Positions 32,551-43,201 of a stretch of DNA of 64,000 nucleotides are shown one piece after another. Origin of the DNA: a phage. Position numbers and translations under genes: made by a program. Under the pieces are notes generated by a model that was not told where the DNA came from, made no database searches, and was given only the letters and a program-made list of their open reading frames with translations. The number at the start of each line of letters is the position of its first letter. Position 1 is the stretch's first letter. The stretch lies in assembly GCA_024790105.1 (NCBI GenBank), contig GCA_024790105.1_3053.1. The stretch is one strand, 5' to 3'.

Positions 32551-33879
32551 TCATTTGATTTCCTCTAAATCTTTAGTGTATTCGGTAACTACATCAGTAG
32601 TTTTCCAATATTCGTTTTCTTCTTTCTTAGCTTTAGCTTCTTCAGCAAGTTTCTTTGCTTCATCAGAAGTCATGTGAAAAATATTCATTCCAATTAGTTT
32701 ATCAACATAAGAAGAATACATATCGATTTTCGAAAGTTCTTCGGTCAGTTCTTTACGAGTTTTACCCTGCACAACGATTTCACCTGAAATTACTTTCTTA
32801 ATGAAATGCGCCTTGGCAAAGGCTAAACGAAAAGCGGACTCAGTTTCTTTAATTTTGTTATCAATTCGTTTTTGGACATAAGTTTTACGAACTTCAACAA
32901 AGTCTTTAATTAAATCAACTACGTTATCGTAAACTTGTAGTTTTCCTTTCTCATTAATAACAGTAATATTCTGAGAACGACGCTCAATCAACCCGAAGTC
33001 TTTCATAATTTTCGCGTGGCGTTCTTCTTCATTATCGCTCAAAGAATATTCTTTACGGAATTTAACTTTAAAGCCAAAACCATGCTCACCACAAGCATCA
33101 TCCCATGTAATGAAGCCTTTATCTTCAAGTGGGTCTAAGATTTTACTCACATAAGTTTCACGATCATACTTATACGGAATCTCAGTGATATTCATTTGAG
33201 TTCGTGAAGTAAACTTATATGTTCCACGAATTTCATATTGGCCATCAATCTCAACGACTTCACCACGAAATTCTGGGAATTCTACCTTCGGTTTAGTTAC
33301 TTTCTTTCCTTGAAGAGCTTGTAGTACAGCTTTCTTGACAGAAGAAACACTATGAGGAAGAATGTAAGTTGCATAACCAGTTGCAATACCGGAGACACCA
33401 TTAAGAAGAACAGTAGGAATAATAGGCAAATAGAAAGCAGGCGGAATGTGTTCTTTATCTTGATGTACCGGAGCATATTCAGTATCTTTATATACGTTAT
33501 AGAAATTTTTACTTACACGAGCAAAAATATAACGACTTGCTGCTGCTTTTTGGACGGTACGAGAACCAAAGTTTCCTTGGCCATCTAACAAAGGAAAGTT
33601 ATTATTCCAAGTATTAGCCATCAAAGCACCTGCGTCTTGCGCAGAGATTTCACCATGATGATATCCAAGGTCCGCTACACCACCTGCAATAGAAGCGAGT
33701 TTGTGAAACTTATCTTTATTTCCTCGTGCCAAATCAAGAGCTCGAGCAATAACAAATCGTTGAACTGGCTTAAATCCATCAATCATATTTGGGATAGCAC
33801 GATTTTCAACCGTGTACATAGCATAAGCCAATGCTTCATTATCAATGATACTTTTTAAATCGCGATTATTCAGTTGCAT
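32551..33879 (-). CDS. 52: DNA topoisomerase II medium subunit gp52 (GyrA-like)
   Basis: 442 aa; MQLNNRDLKSIIDNEALAYAMYTVENRAIP... with active-site Tyr region; recognised as T4 gp52. Confidence 0.9.
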   Translation of the reverse strand: MQLNNRDLKSIIDNEALAYAMYTVENRAIPNMIDGFKPVQRFVIARALDLARGNKDKFHKLASIAGGVADLGYHHGEISAQDAGALMANTWNNNFPLLDGQGNFGSRTVQKAAASRYIFARVSKNFYNVYKDTEYAPVHQDKEHIPPAFYLPIIPTVLLNGVSGIATGYATYILPHSVSSVKKAVLQALQGKKVTKPKVEFPEFRGEVVEIDGQYEIRGTYKFTSRTQMNITEIPYKYDRETYVSKILDPLEDKGFITWDDACGEHGFGFKVKFRKEYSLSDNEEERHAKIMKDFGLIERRSQNITVINEKGKLQVYDNVVDLIKDFVEVRKTYVQKRIDNKIKETESAFRLAFAKAHFIKKVISGEIVVQGKTRKELTEELSKIDMYSSYVDKLIGMNIFHMTSDEAKKLAEEAKAKKEENEYWKTTDVVTEYTKDLEEIK

Positions 33880-33883
33880 AAAT

Positions 33884-34024
33884 TTACCATACTAGTGAAT
33901 GTAGTGCCATAATAACATCAGAAATGAAAAGCACGACTTGAATTAATCCGAACATTACTCCATAATATAGTGCTACTAATAAAGTAGCAAGGGCTAATGA
34001 ATAGCCCAAGATTTTCTTAATCAT
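33884..34024 (-). CDS. small hydrophobic protein (52.1-like)
   Basis: 46-aa ORF translated by hand; below the ORF-track size cutoff. Confidence 0.3.
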   Translation of the reverse strand: MIKKILGYSLALATLLVALYYGVMFGLIQVVLFISDVIMALHSLVW

Positions 34025-34175
34025 TAGTAGATAACAACACAAATGTTAAATATGCACACATACCCTGGGCTAAAGCTTGTGAAAACACGCTGCTGGCATC
34101 AATACAGATAGTTAAAACACATGCTACTATCCAACAAATAAATGAAATAACTCCTAATAATTTTGCGATATTCAT
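34017..34175 (-). CDS. small membrane protein, possibly Ac (acriflavine sensitivity)
   Basis: 52-aa hydrophobic ORF translated by hand; position between 52 and stp; assignment by position and size only. Confidence 0.3.
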   Translation of the reverse strand: MNIAKLLGVISFICWIVACVLTICIDASSVFSQALAQGMCAYLTFVLLSTND

Positions 34176-34182
34176 ATTTTTC

Positions 34183-34263
34183 TCATTGGCGTCCGAAGAC
34201 GCCTTTAGTTTTAAGATTGTTACGATAGAACTGCATCACATGTTCGTTATGGAAATTACTCAT
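34183..34263 (-). CDS. stp: Stp peptide (activator of host PrrC anticodon nuclease)
   Basis: 26-aa [29 protein letters not shown] translated by hand; matches remembered T4 Stp; start overlaps the ndd stop (TAATG). Confidence 0.7.
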
Positions 34264-34721
34264 TAATATGCCTGCAAAACGAATTTAAAGTTATCAGCCA
34301 GCATACGGTTCATTTCTTCAAGTGTTTGATACTCAGAATGATGATTACGAGTAAACGCTAAAGCTAACTGTCCTTTTCCAAATCCCGTCGTCAGAGGTTT
34401 CATCTTAGAAGCAGGCAGATAAAACACTGTGTATGGAACATTGTTATTTGCAATAGTACGTGCAAGCTGAGACCGACGTTGACGAATATGACTTAGAACT
34501 GCACTGAATCCTTGCTTAGAACGCTGATTACCTACATAAAATCGTGCTGACACACATGGATTACTAAATGGACGACCATCTAATTTACTTACTAAAAAGT
34601 AAAATCCAGGTTTAGATAAAATATCTTTATGCGGAGTTCCCAAAAACCATTCACCATTCTTGATTGTACCAATAACAGTAGCGCCTGCATTATTCAGATC
34701 AGTAACAGTCATATATTTCAT
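34263..34721 (-). CDS. ndd: nucleoid disruption protein Ndd
   Basis: 152 aa from [18 protein letters not shown]...; recognised as T4 Ndd. Confidence 0.85.
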
Positions 34722-34779
34722 ATTAATTTCCTCTAAATTATTTTCTACTCCAAGGCCGCATGAATACGCGGCCATTAAA

Positions 34780-34995
34780 TTAATCGTCGCAGTCGACGCT
34801 CAATTCCCAAAACTCTTCTACGGTATAAGTTTCAGTATCATTTTCAATACAGAAACGTTCATTACTATTGTTTGCTAAAGTAGCGTTAACTGTCATTTTT
34901 TCGCTAGTGCTCTTAAGAGGTGAAATACGAATTAACTGATCGCCGTTATCTAAACAAAAAATTTCACCAACTTTTACATCTTTAAAGATTTTCAT
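34780..34995 (-). CDS. hypothetical protein (ndd.1-like)
   Basis: 71-aa ORF. Confidence 0.4.
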   Translation of the reverse strand: MKIFKDVKVGEIFCLDNGDQLIRISPLKSTSEKMTVNATLANNSNERFCIENDTETYTVEEFWELSVDCDD

Positions 34996-35110
34996 AATTC
35001 ACCTCAAGGAGTATAAAATCCGAATGCAGTTGTTGACCATCCCATCCAATATGGAAAATTTGCACCAATGTAAAACATAAGAATATAAAACCAACCGCTC
35101 AACAAATTCA

Positions 35111-35329
35111 TCATTTTACACCATTCCAAATTGTTTCAACCACAGATTTTAAACCATTTTGATGAATATCAATTCCGACTACTGTCATCAAATAAATTCC
35201 AACTACAACTGAACCTAAGGCAAAAATCAGCATAAAAATGAATAAAGCCGGAAAAATATTATCGAAAAACCATTCAATAAATGTAAAAGCACTGCGTTTA
35301 CGCTTCATATTTTCCTCACATAAATCCAA
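35111..35329 (-). CDS. small membrane protein
   Basis: 72 aa with two predicted TM segments. Confidence 0.35.
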   Translation of the reverse strand: MDLCEENMKRKRSAFTFIEWFFDNIFPALFIFMLIFALGSVVVGIYLMTVVGIDIHQNGLKSVVETIWNGVK

Positions 35330-35525
35330 AGTAAACGTTTAATACATCAATCATTAAAACGATTGGGAATATACTCAAAACTATTAGTATTATAACTACA
35401 TTCCATATAGCTTTAACAATCTTTTTCATTTTCTGTTCCTCCGTAGTTGATAGTTGTATAGTACCACAGAGGAACAGTCTTGTAAACAACTTTTTAAAAA
35501 TATTCGTAATAAATGTGAATACCAA
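35316..35525 (-). CDS. small membrane protein
   Basis: 69 aa with hydrophobic stretches. Confidence 0.35.
   Translation of the reverse strand: MVFTFITNIFKKLFTRLFLCGTIQLSTTEEQKMKKIVKAIWNVVIILIVLSIFPIVLMIDVLNVYFGFM
35458..35486 (-). promoter_or_regulatory. early sigma70-type promoter
   Basis: minus-strand TTTACA (35481-35486), 17-nt spacer, TACTAT (35458-35463); conserved GTTGATAGTTGTATAGTACCACA element. Confidence 0.5.
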
Positions 35526-35671
35526 TCACCACTGCTGAAACCTGTGCAACCCACCACGCACAAGCAATAAGTACAGAATTCAAAATTTTCATAATAACCT
35601 CATCACAAAAGTAAATGTTAAACAAATTAATGGAATACTAATTAACCAAACGAAACACCACCATAATGAAC

Positions 35672-35935
35672 TCATAGCTCAATCTCAGCGATTTTCATTT
35701 CATTACTATTAATAGCCGCTTTAAGACTATCTGAAAGAATTACATTCCAATGGTCATTCATATGACCATTAACTAAGCGTGTAATTTCTTCGGGAGTTGA
35801 AAAATAAGGCGTATCAGACTCCCAATGCGATAATCCTAAGCGAGTATAAATCATACCTTCATCATCGCTAGAATATTCAACTGACATAAACTCATCAGTT
35901 ATTTTATGTTTAGCGTAATAAAATTTAAATTTCAT
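35672..35935 (-). CDS. hypothetical protein
   Basis: 87-aa ORF. Confidence 0.4.
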   Translation of the reverse strand: MKFKFYYAKHKITDEFMSVEYSSDDEGMIYTRLGLSHWESDTPYFSTPEEITRLVNGHMNDHWNVILSDSLKAAINSNEMKIAEIEL

Positions 35936-35963
35936 TTTCCGCTCCTCCGTAGTTGATAGTTGT

Positions 35964-35992
35964 ATAGTACCACAGTCCTTGTGGTATGTAAA
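35964..35992 (-). promoter_or_regulatory. early sigma70-type promoter
   Basis: minus-strand TTTACA (35987-35992), 17-nt spacer, TACTAT (35964-35969); same conserved element as other copies. Confidence 0.5.
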
Positions 35993-36010
35993 CCGTTTTG
36001 TGAAAATTTT

Positions 36011-36568
36011 TTAAATGGAAAGATACCATCCGTTGTAGTTGCTTTTTCTTACAACCTTACGAAGGTCTTCTCTATCACCGATGAACTTCGGAGTGTACTG
36101 GATGACACCTGGGTGAATTTCTTTAGTGTTGAATATAATTATACAGTCAGCGACCTGATGATTCAGAATGGGCCCTAGATTTATTCCAGAACCGTATGGA
36201 TACTCTCCGCTACATCCTGTTGTTACAGAAATCCAACGTGAGTCAGTTTGATGTGTCTTAACTTCTACACGAAGCCCGCAGTATCTTGGATGCGCCAATA
36301 CATCCCATGCGTATGTATACGGGTCATTAACGTCCTCTTGGCCTTTGTTAACATACCCGCTTAGCCAATCTGCTACAAAAAACTCTGCGTACACCGCGAT
36401 ACGGCATCTTTCGATAACTTCTGCCTTATCCTGATTTGGATTTTGTTTTAAAGAGTATCTTGCTGTATCAGCAATTTTGACCTTCATTTCACTAGTCAAG
36501 TCACTGTTAGATAGGGTAAATGATGGAATCTGAAATAGTCTCTGCAAACCCGGATTTGTTTTCTGCAT
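36011..36568 (-). CDS. denB: endonuclease IV (dC-specific ssDNA endonuclease)
   Basis: 185 aa; position next to rIIB; length matches T4 DenB. Confidence 0.8.
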   Translation of the reverse strand: MQKTNPGLQRLFQIPSFTLSNSDLTSEMKVKIADTARYSLKQNPNQDKAEVIERCRIAVYAEFFVADWLSGYVNKGQEDVNDPYTYAWDVLAHPRYCGLRVEVKTHQTDSRWISVTTGCSGEYPYGSGINLGPILNHQVADCIIIFNTKEIHPGVIQYTPKFIGDREDLRKVVRKSNYNGWYLSI

Positions 36569-36653
36569 TTAAACTTTCCTTTATGTCGGAATCACTGATA
36601 TTCATATAATAAATCATAATTTCTCTTAAAACAAAAGGGCCGAAGCCCTTATT

Positions 36654-36848
36654 TTATTTGAATTGTGCGATTCTTTTTTCTAAACACTCTGCGTAAGATT
36701 TCATTGAGATGAACTGTGAAAGCAGCAGTTCTTGCTCAACTGCACTAACCGTTAGAAACTTTGCGCTTTCTAAAAATTTGCTCAGTGCATTAATTTTGAG
36801 CATTAATTGATCGTATTCTTCTTTTACTCGTGCTTGATAACCTAACAT
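36654..36848 (-). CDS. hypothetical protein (denB.1-like)
   Basis: 64-aa ORF flanked by UUCG-loop hairpins. Confidence 0.4.
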   Translation of the reverse strand: MLGYQARVKEEYDQLMLKINALSKFLESAKFLTVSAVEQELLLSQFISMKSYAECLEKRIAQFK

Positions 36849-36876
36849 AATTTTCCTTAGTTAAGGGCCGAAGCCC

Positions 36877-37815
36877 TTATTTAAATTGTTCAGTAACGTC
36901 TTCAATTACTTCGTATTGGCAGGTACGCATTTTAGCGTCGTTGTAATCAATCGGAATTGATACTACATCACGAGGATGAACTTTAACTTTTACAACTCGG
37001 CTGGTTGAACCACCGAAGTGACGAATATAAGATTTAGAACACACATGCAGACCACGAGAACAAGTTTGTGTATCATCGTCATTTACACGAGTACGTGGCA
37101 TTTTAACTACTTTACCAGGACTGTTATCAAAGGTATTTGAGTGACAGTCAAAGTAATTGCTACGAACTACTTTCCAAGCATAGAAGTAACCATCTTCTGT
37201 AATTTCAATATCGTTTGCTACCAAGAAATCAAAAAGTCGAGATACCGCTTTCTGGCTTGGGTTTTCCAGCAGATTTTCCAAGAACGGAAAATAAAATTCA
37301 AAGTTTTCACCTTTTTCCATCGAATCGAGAATACGATCAACTAAACCAGACCGCAATTCAATATTTTGATAGAATAAGCTTCCACCTTCAATTCGAACAT
37401 CGCCGGAAATATATTTTTCAACAGCGCGACGAACGTTAATTTTTTGTGCCGCTTCTTCCAACTTATCTGCTACAAGCAGATTAAGAATTTCCTGGAAGTT
37501 TGAATGAGTATTAGGAGTTGCGTTATAAGTTACACCGTCAACAGTAATTGAAATGAATTTTTTAGATGCATTCCAAATAATGTCAGATTTAGCAACTGGA
37601 GCAATAACTGCATCGCTATTAACTTTAACTGTAATATCACCGCTAATAGTAACTTTAGAGCGTTTAGCTTCTTCAGAATTTTTCAAAACACGACGGATTG
37701 TGTCAACCGATACACCTTGCCAATCAGCCAATTCCTGTTGGGTGTAATTACCACTTGAATACAGCTTAACAATTTCAGCTTGTTCGTTTTTGGTCAGGCA
37801 TTTAATATTGTACAT
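36877..37815 (-). CDS. rIIB: rIIB protein
   Basis: 312 aa; MYNIKCLTKNEQAEIVKLYSSGNYTQQELA... recognised as T4 rIIB. Confidence 0.9.
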   Translation of the reverse strand: MYNIKCLTKNEQAEIVKLYSSGNYTQQELADWQGVSVDTIRRVLKNSEEAKRSKVTISGDITVKVNSDAVIAPVAKSDIIWNASKKFISITVDGVTYNATPNTHSNFQEILNLLVADKLEEAAQKINVRRAVEKYISGDVRIEGGSLFYQNIELRSGLVDRILDSMEKGENFEFYFPFLENLLENPSQKAVSRLFDFLVANDIEITEDGYFYAWKVVRSNYFDCHSNTFDNSPGKVVKMPRTRVNDDDTQTCSRGLHVCSKSYIRHFGGSTSRVVKVKVHPRDVVSIPIDYNDAKMRTCQYEVIEDVTEQFK

Positions 37816-37826
37816 AATTTTCCTTA

Positions 37827-40004
37827 TTAGGCCGCAAGGGCCTTCATAGTTTTAGCGATTTGAGAAACTTCATCATCGCTTAAAGAGTTGCGATAACCGA
37901 TGAAGTCGGAAACAATACGGAATTTCTTGGTAAACTCAGCAACCATTTTATCACTGTTTTTTGAAGCATTATTTGATAATACATCAAAAAGATTAGTTAC
38001 TGTCCAGATGTCATGACCGATGGTATCTTTTCCACCGTTGAAATATACACCCTGTAATGAACTAACCATATTAGCGAGTCGTGTATATTCTTCAGAAACT
38101 TCATCTACACTGAAGTACTTCATCATAAAATCTAATTCAGGATACTTGATAATTTTATCAATATATCGTTTAGCTGAACTTGAATAACCTACATACTTAT
38201 CATAATCTACATCATCAAAAGCATCTACATATAAATCACGCAAAGCTTCAAAAATACATTGGCACTGACCGAGTTCTTTTACCTTTTTCTGTAAAAGCGG
38301 ACGAATAACATAAAATTCATTAATGCCAATAAGATTAGCCATACGAGTCAAAATACTCGTAGATGGATGACAAAGCGATGTAGTACCATCCATAGAGAAA
38401 ATATCAGAACGATGCATGTATGCTACATAACCAGTAATTTCATCTGCTTCTGACGTAAGTGTAAACAATTCCTCTTTTTCCCAGCGCCCGTCTTTAATTT
38501 CAAACTTAAATGCAGTAGCAGCTTTAGGACGAGGAGCTGTACTTTTTACTGCCTTTGGAATATAACTTTTAACTAAAGCTTCAATTTCTGACAAATAATG
38601 AATGTTAACTTCATCACTTTCAAACATTGTCATAATATCAGGGAGCAAATCAATCTGTGATTCTACTTCTGGATTGATAAACAGAAGACGCTCATTGTGA
38701 TGAATATTTAAGGTGTTATTAAATTCACTATCATCTAATGCATGTGCTAATCCACGGACAATATTAACACGATTTTTAATATTATCAATAACAATATTAA
38801 TTTTTGTCGTATTAATACCAAACAGACGATAACTTGATGCAACGGCTGAAGTTTCATGACTTTGCTTAATGCGTTTCAGTCGAGGGTCAAGATTTACTTC
38901 ATACACAACCCCTGCATTACATAACTTACTATCAGGTTCAAACATACTCTGCATCTTCTTATATGACAGATTTTTAGTCGTGAATTTGACTGAATTACTA
39001 ATCATATAATCTCGAGCAGAATACCCCATCTTCATCAATTCACGATATGTATGACGGGGAGATGTAGATTCTTTAAATCGTTTTACATCTTCATTAAATG
39101 CTTTCTCACTGAGTTCTTTAACTCGTTCAATAATATTTTTACGAGTACGATCATCTAGTGAAAGAGCCTCACGCGATGGAGCAATATCAAGTGAACCCAT
39201 TGGAAACTTAATGTAATTCACTTCATTGCGAATGCTCAACCAGTTACGATCTCTAATAACACCATCGATAGGATAAACAATACCGCCGTAGATAGCATAT
39301 AATCCACCACGATCTGGCCAGTATCTTTCTGGATTTACACCGTAATAATCATCAAAATCCGGAAAATAATCAATTTCACGGTCAAGACCATTAATAATAG
39401 CCAAATCTTTGAACGGTCGCATGATATAAGAAACTTCATAAGCAAAGTTTCTAAAGTCTTTTTCTTCAACTGGAACTACGATTTCAATACCAGTTTTATC
39501 ATCTGGACCCATTTCTTTTACGAATGTAGGTTTAATCTGCGGACCGTCACCATCCATGTAAGCTACATAACCACGAATTTCGCCTTTATGATATGAAGTA
39601 ATACTAAATGTATCAGTATAACTAAACGGAGATTTAGAACCTAAACCAAATCCGCCAATGAAATCGTTGGATTCAGCCTTAGATGAACTGAAGTATGAAT
39701 TATATAACCCAGGAGAATTATCATCACCCTGAATATCAAAATCGCTCATACCCGGACCAAAATCTCGACAAACAAATCGCGGATCTAATCGTCCTGGAAC
39801 TTGAATGATAAATTTTTCAGGATTTCCATTGAGAGCATGGGCGTCAATCATGTTGGTAATCAATTCACGAACTACTGCGCGAATCTTGTTTGTATACAAA
39901 TCAGATGACAGAATTTTAAATACTTTAGGAGATGCTGTGATGCTAAATGCTTTTGATTTAGAACCATTACCAAGAATTGTTTCTTTTTCAGTGGTGATAA
40001 TCAT
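37827..40004 (-). CDS. rIIA: rIIA protein
   Basis: 725 aa; N-terminal GHKL-like ATPase-type region; recognised as T4 rIIA. Confidence 0.9.
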   Translation of the reverse strand: MIITTEKETILGNGSKSKAFSITASPKVFKILSSDLYTNKIRAVVRELITNMIDAHALNGNPEKFIIQVPGRLDPRFVCRDFGPGMSDFDIQGDDNSPGLYNSYFSSSKAESNDFIGGFGLGSKSPFSYTDTFSITSYHKGEIRGYVAYMDGDGPQIKPTFVKEMGPDDKTGIEIVVPVEEKDFRNFAYEVSYIMRPFKDLAIINGLDREIDYFPDFDDYYGVNPERYWPDRGGLYAIYGGIVYPIDGVIRDRNWLSIRNEVNYIKFPMGSLDIAPSREALSLDDRTRKNIIERVKELSEKAFNEDVKRFKESTSPRHTYRELMKMGYSARDYMISNSVKFTTKNLSYKKMQSMFEPDSKLCNAGVVYEVNLDPRLKRIKQSHETSAVASSYRLFGINTTKINIVIDNIKNRVNIVRGLAHALDDSEFNNTLNIHHNERLLFINPEVESQIDLLPDIMTMFESDEVNIHYLSEIEALVKSYIPKAVKSTAPRPKAATAFKFEIKDGRWEKEELFTLTSEADEITGYVAYMHRSDIFSMDGTTSLCHPSTSILTRMANLIGINEFYVIRPLLQKKVKELGQCQCIFEALRDLYVDAFDDVDYDKYVGYSSSAKRYIDKIIKYPELDFMMKYFSVDEVSEEYTRLANMVSSLQGVYFNGGKDTIGHDIWTVTNLFDVLSNNASKNSDKMVAEFTKKFRIVSDFIGYRNSLSDDEVSQIAKTMKALAA

Positions 40005-40014
40005 AATTTCCTCA

Positions 40015-40218
40015 TTAATTCATATTGCGTTTAATAACTTCAGCAACTTCTAGTAGTTCATCTTTAGTTGCGGTGTCGGATTGAATTTTATCTCTAATAT
40101 CCTTAAAGCGGTTTTTAAACTCTTCGGCTTCTCCCATATCGAAAAAGCGTTGAATGATTCTATATTCTCGGTGAACTGCTTTATCAAAAAGTTCTAAATT
40201 TACTTTATATGATTTCAT
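40015..40218 (-). CDS. hypothetical protein (rIIA.1-like)
   Basis: 67-aa ORF. Confidence 0.45.
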   Translation of the reverse strand: MKSYKVNLELFDKAVHREYRIIQRFFDMGEAEEFKNRFKDIRDKIQSDTATKDELLEVAEVIKRNMN

Positions 40219-40272
40219 TTCAATATCCTTATTTGCCCAATTAATTATACCACATCCTTGTGGTAAAGTAAA

Positions 40273-40805
40273 CTACTGGCTCATCCATTCTTTACGAAGG
40301 TCAGCATTATCTCCCATGAGCATTTCAAAAAGCTCTTTCCAGTTCTCAGGAAGTTTAACAACATCATATACTGGGTTTTGAATCATTTCTTTATATTCAT
40401 CCCGCTGAAGTGAGCCCAATCCCTTGATGTATCGAATACTATGTTTAGGTAGAGCATCTTTAGCACTCTCATATTCAGCGACTGTATAAAACCATTCTTG
40501 TTTTTTACCTACCTGAGCGATGATTACAGGAGTTTTGACGAAGCGAATTCTTCCTTGTTCAAACAGTTCTGGCCAATTACTAAAAAATCCGAGCAGAGAA
40601 GGATAAATAGAACCTAATCCAATAATCTCTTAATTATGAGGTATTTCTATAGATAGCCCGAAGGCTATCCATCGTGATCTGCGTCTGTCATAATAGCGAC
40701 ATTCGCATAGTTCATTGAAGAGGATTTAATAGAACGACGAACATTGTTCTGCAATTTATATTTTTTCATATCAACGCTAGAAGAATCAATTTTTACAAAT
40801 TTCAT
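40273..40805 (-). CDS. 60: DNA topoisomerase II small subunit gp60, translated across a 50-nt bypass
   Basis: codons 1-46 (MKFVKIDSSS...TDADHDG) at 40668-40805, UAG stop, 50-nt gap, codons 47-160 (LGSIYP...RKEWMSQ) at 40276-40617; 46+114 = 160 aa. Confidence 0.85.
40618..40670 (-). promoter_or_regulatory. gene 60 translational bypass (hop) element
   Basis: minus strand GAU GGA UAG CCUUCGGGCUAUCUAUAGAAAUACCUCAUAAUUAAGAGAUUAUU GGA UUA: take-off GGA 40668-40670, UAG 40665-40667, UUCG-loop hairpin, landing GGA 40618-40620. Confidence 0.9.
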
Positions 40806-41604
40806 TATACACCTCATAGAACTTTTCATCAGGAATCCAACCGCGTTTAAATTCATTAAATGCTCGGCCGAATAATTTTGAATTCACAGTTATATTATTA
40901 ACTGATTTCCATTTAGCAACTCCCGTTCGTTTATAATGATCGGGGTCATATTTCGTGACGTACCATTCATATAAATTTGGTATTAATTTTACAGCCTCTG
41001 GATTTGTCGCTGATTTATTATACCATGGTTTCGCTTTTTCAAGTTCAGCTGCTTTTGCAGTAGCAGCAACAGTATTTCCAATACCAACTAATTTTTCAGT
41101 TTTAATGCGTGGATCATTAACATGAAGACGAAAAACTTCGCCCTTTTCATTTTTAAAGCATGTCATGCCTTTAATTCCAGGAAGCTTAACACCTTTATTA
41201 ACACCGCACCATTCCTTTGGGTTAAATGATCCTTTAATTAATAAGGCGCATTTACCCGATTTAATATTTCTCATTAAAACTTTATCTTTCATAAAGTTTT
41301 TTGACCATTCAGATACTGCTCTTTGATGGTAAATTCTAGCAATTTCATATAATTTACTAGAACGTAAATATTTTTCAGTGTTTAACATTCTATTCATCGC
41401 ATATGCCATTTCACGATTACGATGAATTTTATATAGTAGAAAATGTGCTAAAAAGTGTTCACGAAAAGTCAGTTTCACCAAATTTTCTTTATCATCAGAA
41501 CCTCCCATTGATCTTGGAAGGATATGATGAATTTCACCCTTAAATTTAGAAACGCGGGTTTTACCCCGCACTATTAAGTCATTATAGATTTTTTCGTAAT
41601 TCAC
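40786..41604 (-). CDS. mobA: HNH homing endonuclease MobA
   Basis: 272 aa; HNH motif EIHHILPRSMGGSDDKENLVKLTFREH; sits between genes 39 and 60. Confidence 0.8.
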   Translation of the reverse strand: MNYEKIYNDLIVRGKTRVSKFKGEIHHILPRSMGGSDDKENLVKLTFREHFLAHFLLYKIHRNREMAYAMNRMLNTEKYLRSSKLYEIARIYHQRAVSEWSKNFMKDKVLMRNIKSGKCALLIKGSFNPKEWCGVNKGVKLPGIKGMTCFKNEKGEVFRLHVNDPRIKTEKLVGIGNTVAATAKAAELEKAKPWYNKSATNPEAVKLIPNLYEWYVTKYDPDHYKRTGVAKWKSVNNITVNSKLFGRAFNEFKRGWIPDEKFYEVYNEICKN

Positions 41605-43132
41605 CTACTGTTATCCATTTACCATTAATCTGTACTTCATCATTTTCATTTACGATAATTGTATCGCCATTTAGCTCGAAAGTAAACCACTCGCCATCTT
41701 CTTTTTCTTCAAACGCTTTTTCACCAAGAACTAATCCAGTGATTGCGCAAATATCAAACAGTTCTTTGTTTTTAAGCATATCAGCATATGACATACCCCA
41801 ACTGTTGAGAACTTTACCACGCAATGGATAACCACCGTGAAGTTCTTTATCACGAACATCAATAAGATATCCGATAGCAGAATCACCCTCAGTCAAGAAA
41901 AGAGTAGTGTCAGCATCTTTACTACAAAGATTCGCTTTGATATGTTTATGAACCTTAGCTTTAGAAGCCTTTTTAGCTGCTTTAGTTTCTGCTGCTTTCT
42001 CTGCCGCCAATTTACGAGCCAAAGCAGCTTCAATAATCGGCATCAGAATTGCTTCATTATTTAGAATAGCGCGTGAAATCTTTTTAGCATCAAGTTGAAT
42101 ATGACTACGAATTTCACCGAATGGAGAAGTCAAACGCTCTTTAGTTTGAGAATCAAATCGCATGTTTTTCATATCACGAACAAACATAACGATAGTCAAA
42201 CATTCTTTAACGCGTGCTTTAGTTACATCAATTTTGAACTTACGTTTGATTTGTGGAATAAGGTCTTCACAAATATCATCCATAACACAGTCAATGTGAT
42301 GGCCACCATTCTTAGTGTGAATGTTATTCACGTAAGTTAATTGACGAAATCCATCCGGTGAACGACCAACCGCAATAGAGCAATTTTCCTGTTCTTGAAC
42401 GATAGCATGCTCATCATACTGGCGTGCATACTTCTTAAAATTGCCCTGAACCTTTTTACCGTTAAAGGTAAATTGAATATCAGGATAAACTACTGCAAGT
42501 GTCTGGAGACGATCTAGTGTAATGTCAAGATAAACTTGAGATAGCTCATTAGTTTCAAATGACATAAAATCAGGAATGAAAGTAACGCGAGTTCCTTTCC
42601 ATTTTCCAGGAATAGTTTCCCATGATTTATTTTCCATGCCGTTTGAACAACGAACTACAATATTATTTTGACCGTCGCCAGTTTCACCGACAAACATCAC
42701 AGAAAAAATGTTAGTTAAACTAGAACCAACACCGTTCATACCACCGGTGACACGTTCTTTATCATCACCAAAGTTACCACCCGCTTTTGGAATAGTCCAC
42801 GCAGCAACAGGACCAGGAATTTCTTCACCGGTAGGTGTTTTAACCATCGCCTGTGGAATACCGCGACCGTTATCTTCAACTGTTACTTGATTATTTTTAA
42901 TAGTAACATTAATTTTATTCGCGAATTTAAACTTAGTACGAATACCTTCATCTACCGAGTTATCGATAATTTCATCAATAAGCTTAACAAGACCAGGTAC
43001 ATACTGAACACTTTCCCATTTACCAAACAGAAAGCGCTCATGCATTTCATTAGCAGAAGAGCCAATATACATGCCGCTACGCTTTTTGATATGTTCAATA
43101 TCGCTCAGAATTTTAATTTCATTCTTAATCAT
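41582..43132 (-). CDS. 39: DNA topoisomerase II large (ATPase, GyrB-like) subunit gp39
   Basis: 516 aa from MIKNEIKILSD; GHKL ATPase motifs (DNGRGIP, GG.NGVGSS); recognised as T4 gp39. Confidence 0.9.
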   Translation of the reverse strand: MIKNEIKILSDIEHIKKRSGMYIGSSANEMHERFLFGKWESVQYVPGLVKLIDEIIDNSVDEGIRTKFKFANKINVTIKNNQVTVEDNGRGIPQAMVKTPTGEEIPGPVAAWTIPKAGGNFGDDKERVTGGMNGVGSSLTNIFSVMFVGETGDGQNNIVVRCSNGMENKSWETIPGKWKGTRVTFIPDFMSFETNELSQVYLDITLDRLQTLAVVYPDIQFTFNGKKVQGNFKKYARQYDEHAIVQEQENCSIAVGRSPDGFRQLTYVNNIHTKNGGHHIDCVMDDICEDLIPQIKRKFKIDVTKARVKECLTIVMFVRDMKNMRFDSQTKERLTSPFGEIRSHIQLDAKKISRAILNNEAILMPIIEAALARKLAAEKAAETKAAKKASKAKVHKHIKANLCSKDADTTLFLTEGDSAIGYLIDVRDKELHGGYPLRGKVLNSWGMSYADMLKNKELFDICAITGLVLGEKAFEEKEDGEWFTFELNGDTIIVNENDEVQINGKWITVGELRKNL

Positions 43133-43201
43133 CACTTATCCTCGTTTGGTTTCGGGAATATTATACTCCGGTAGTCATAAAGCTAAAGGCCCGAAGGCCT
43201 T

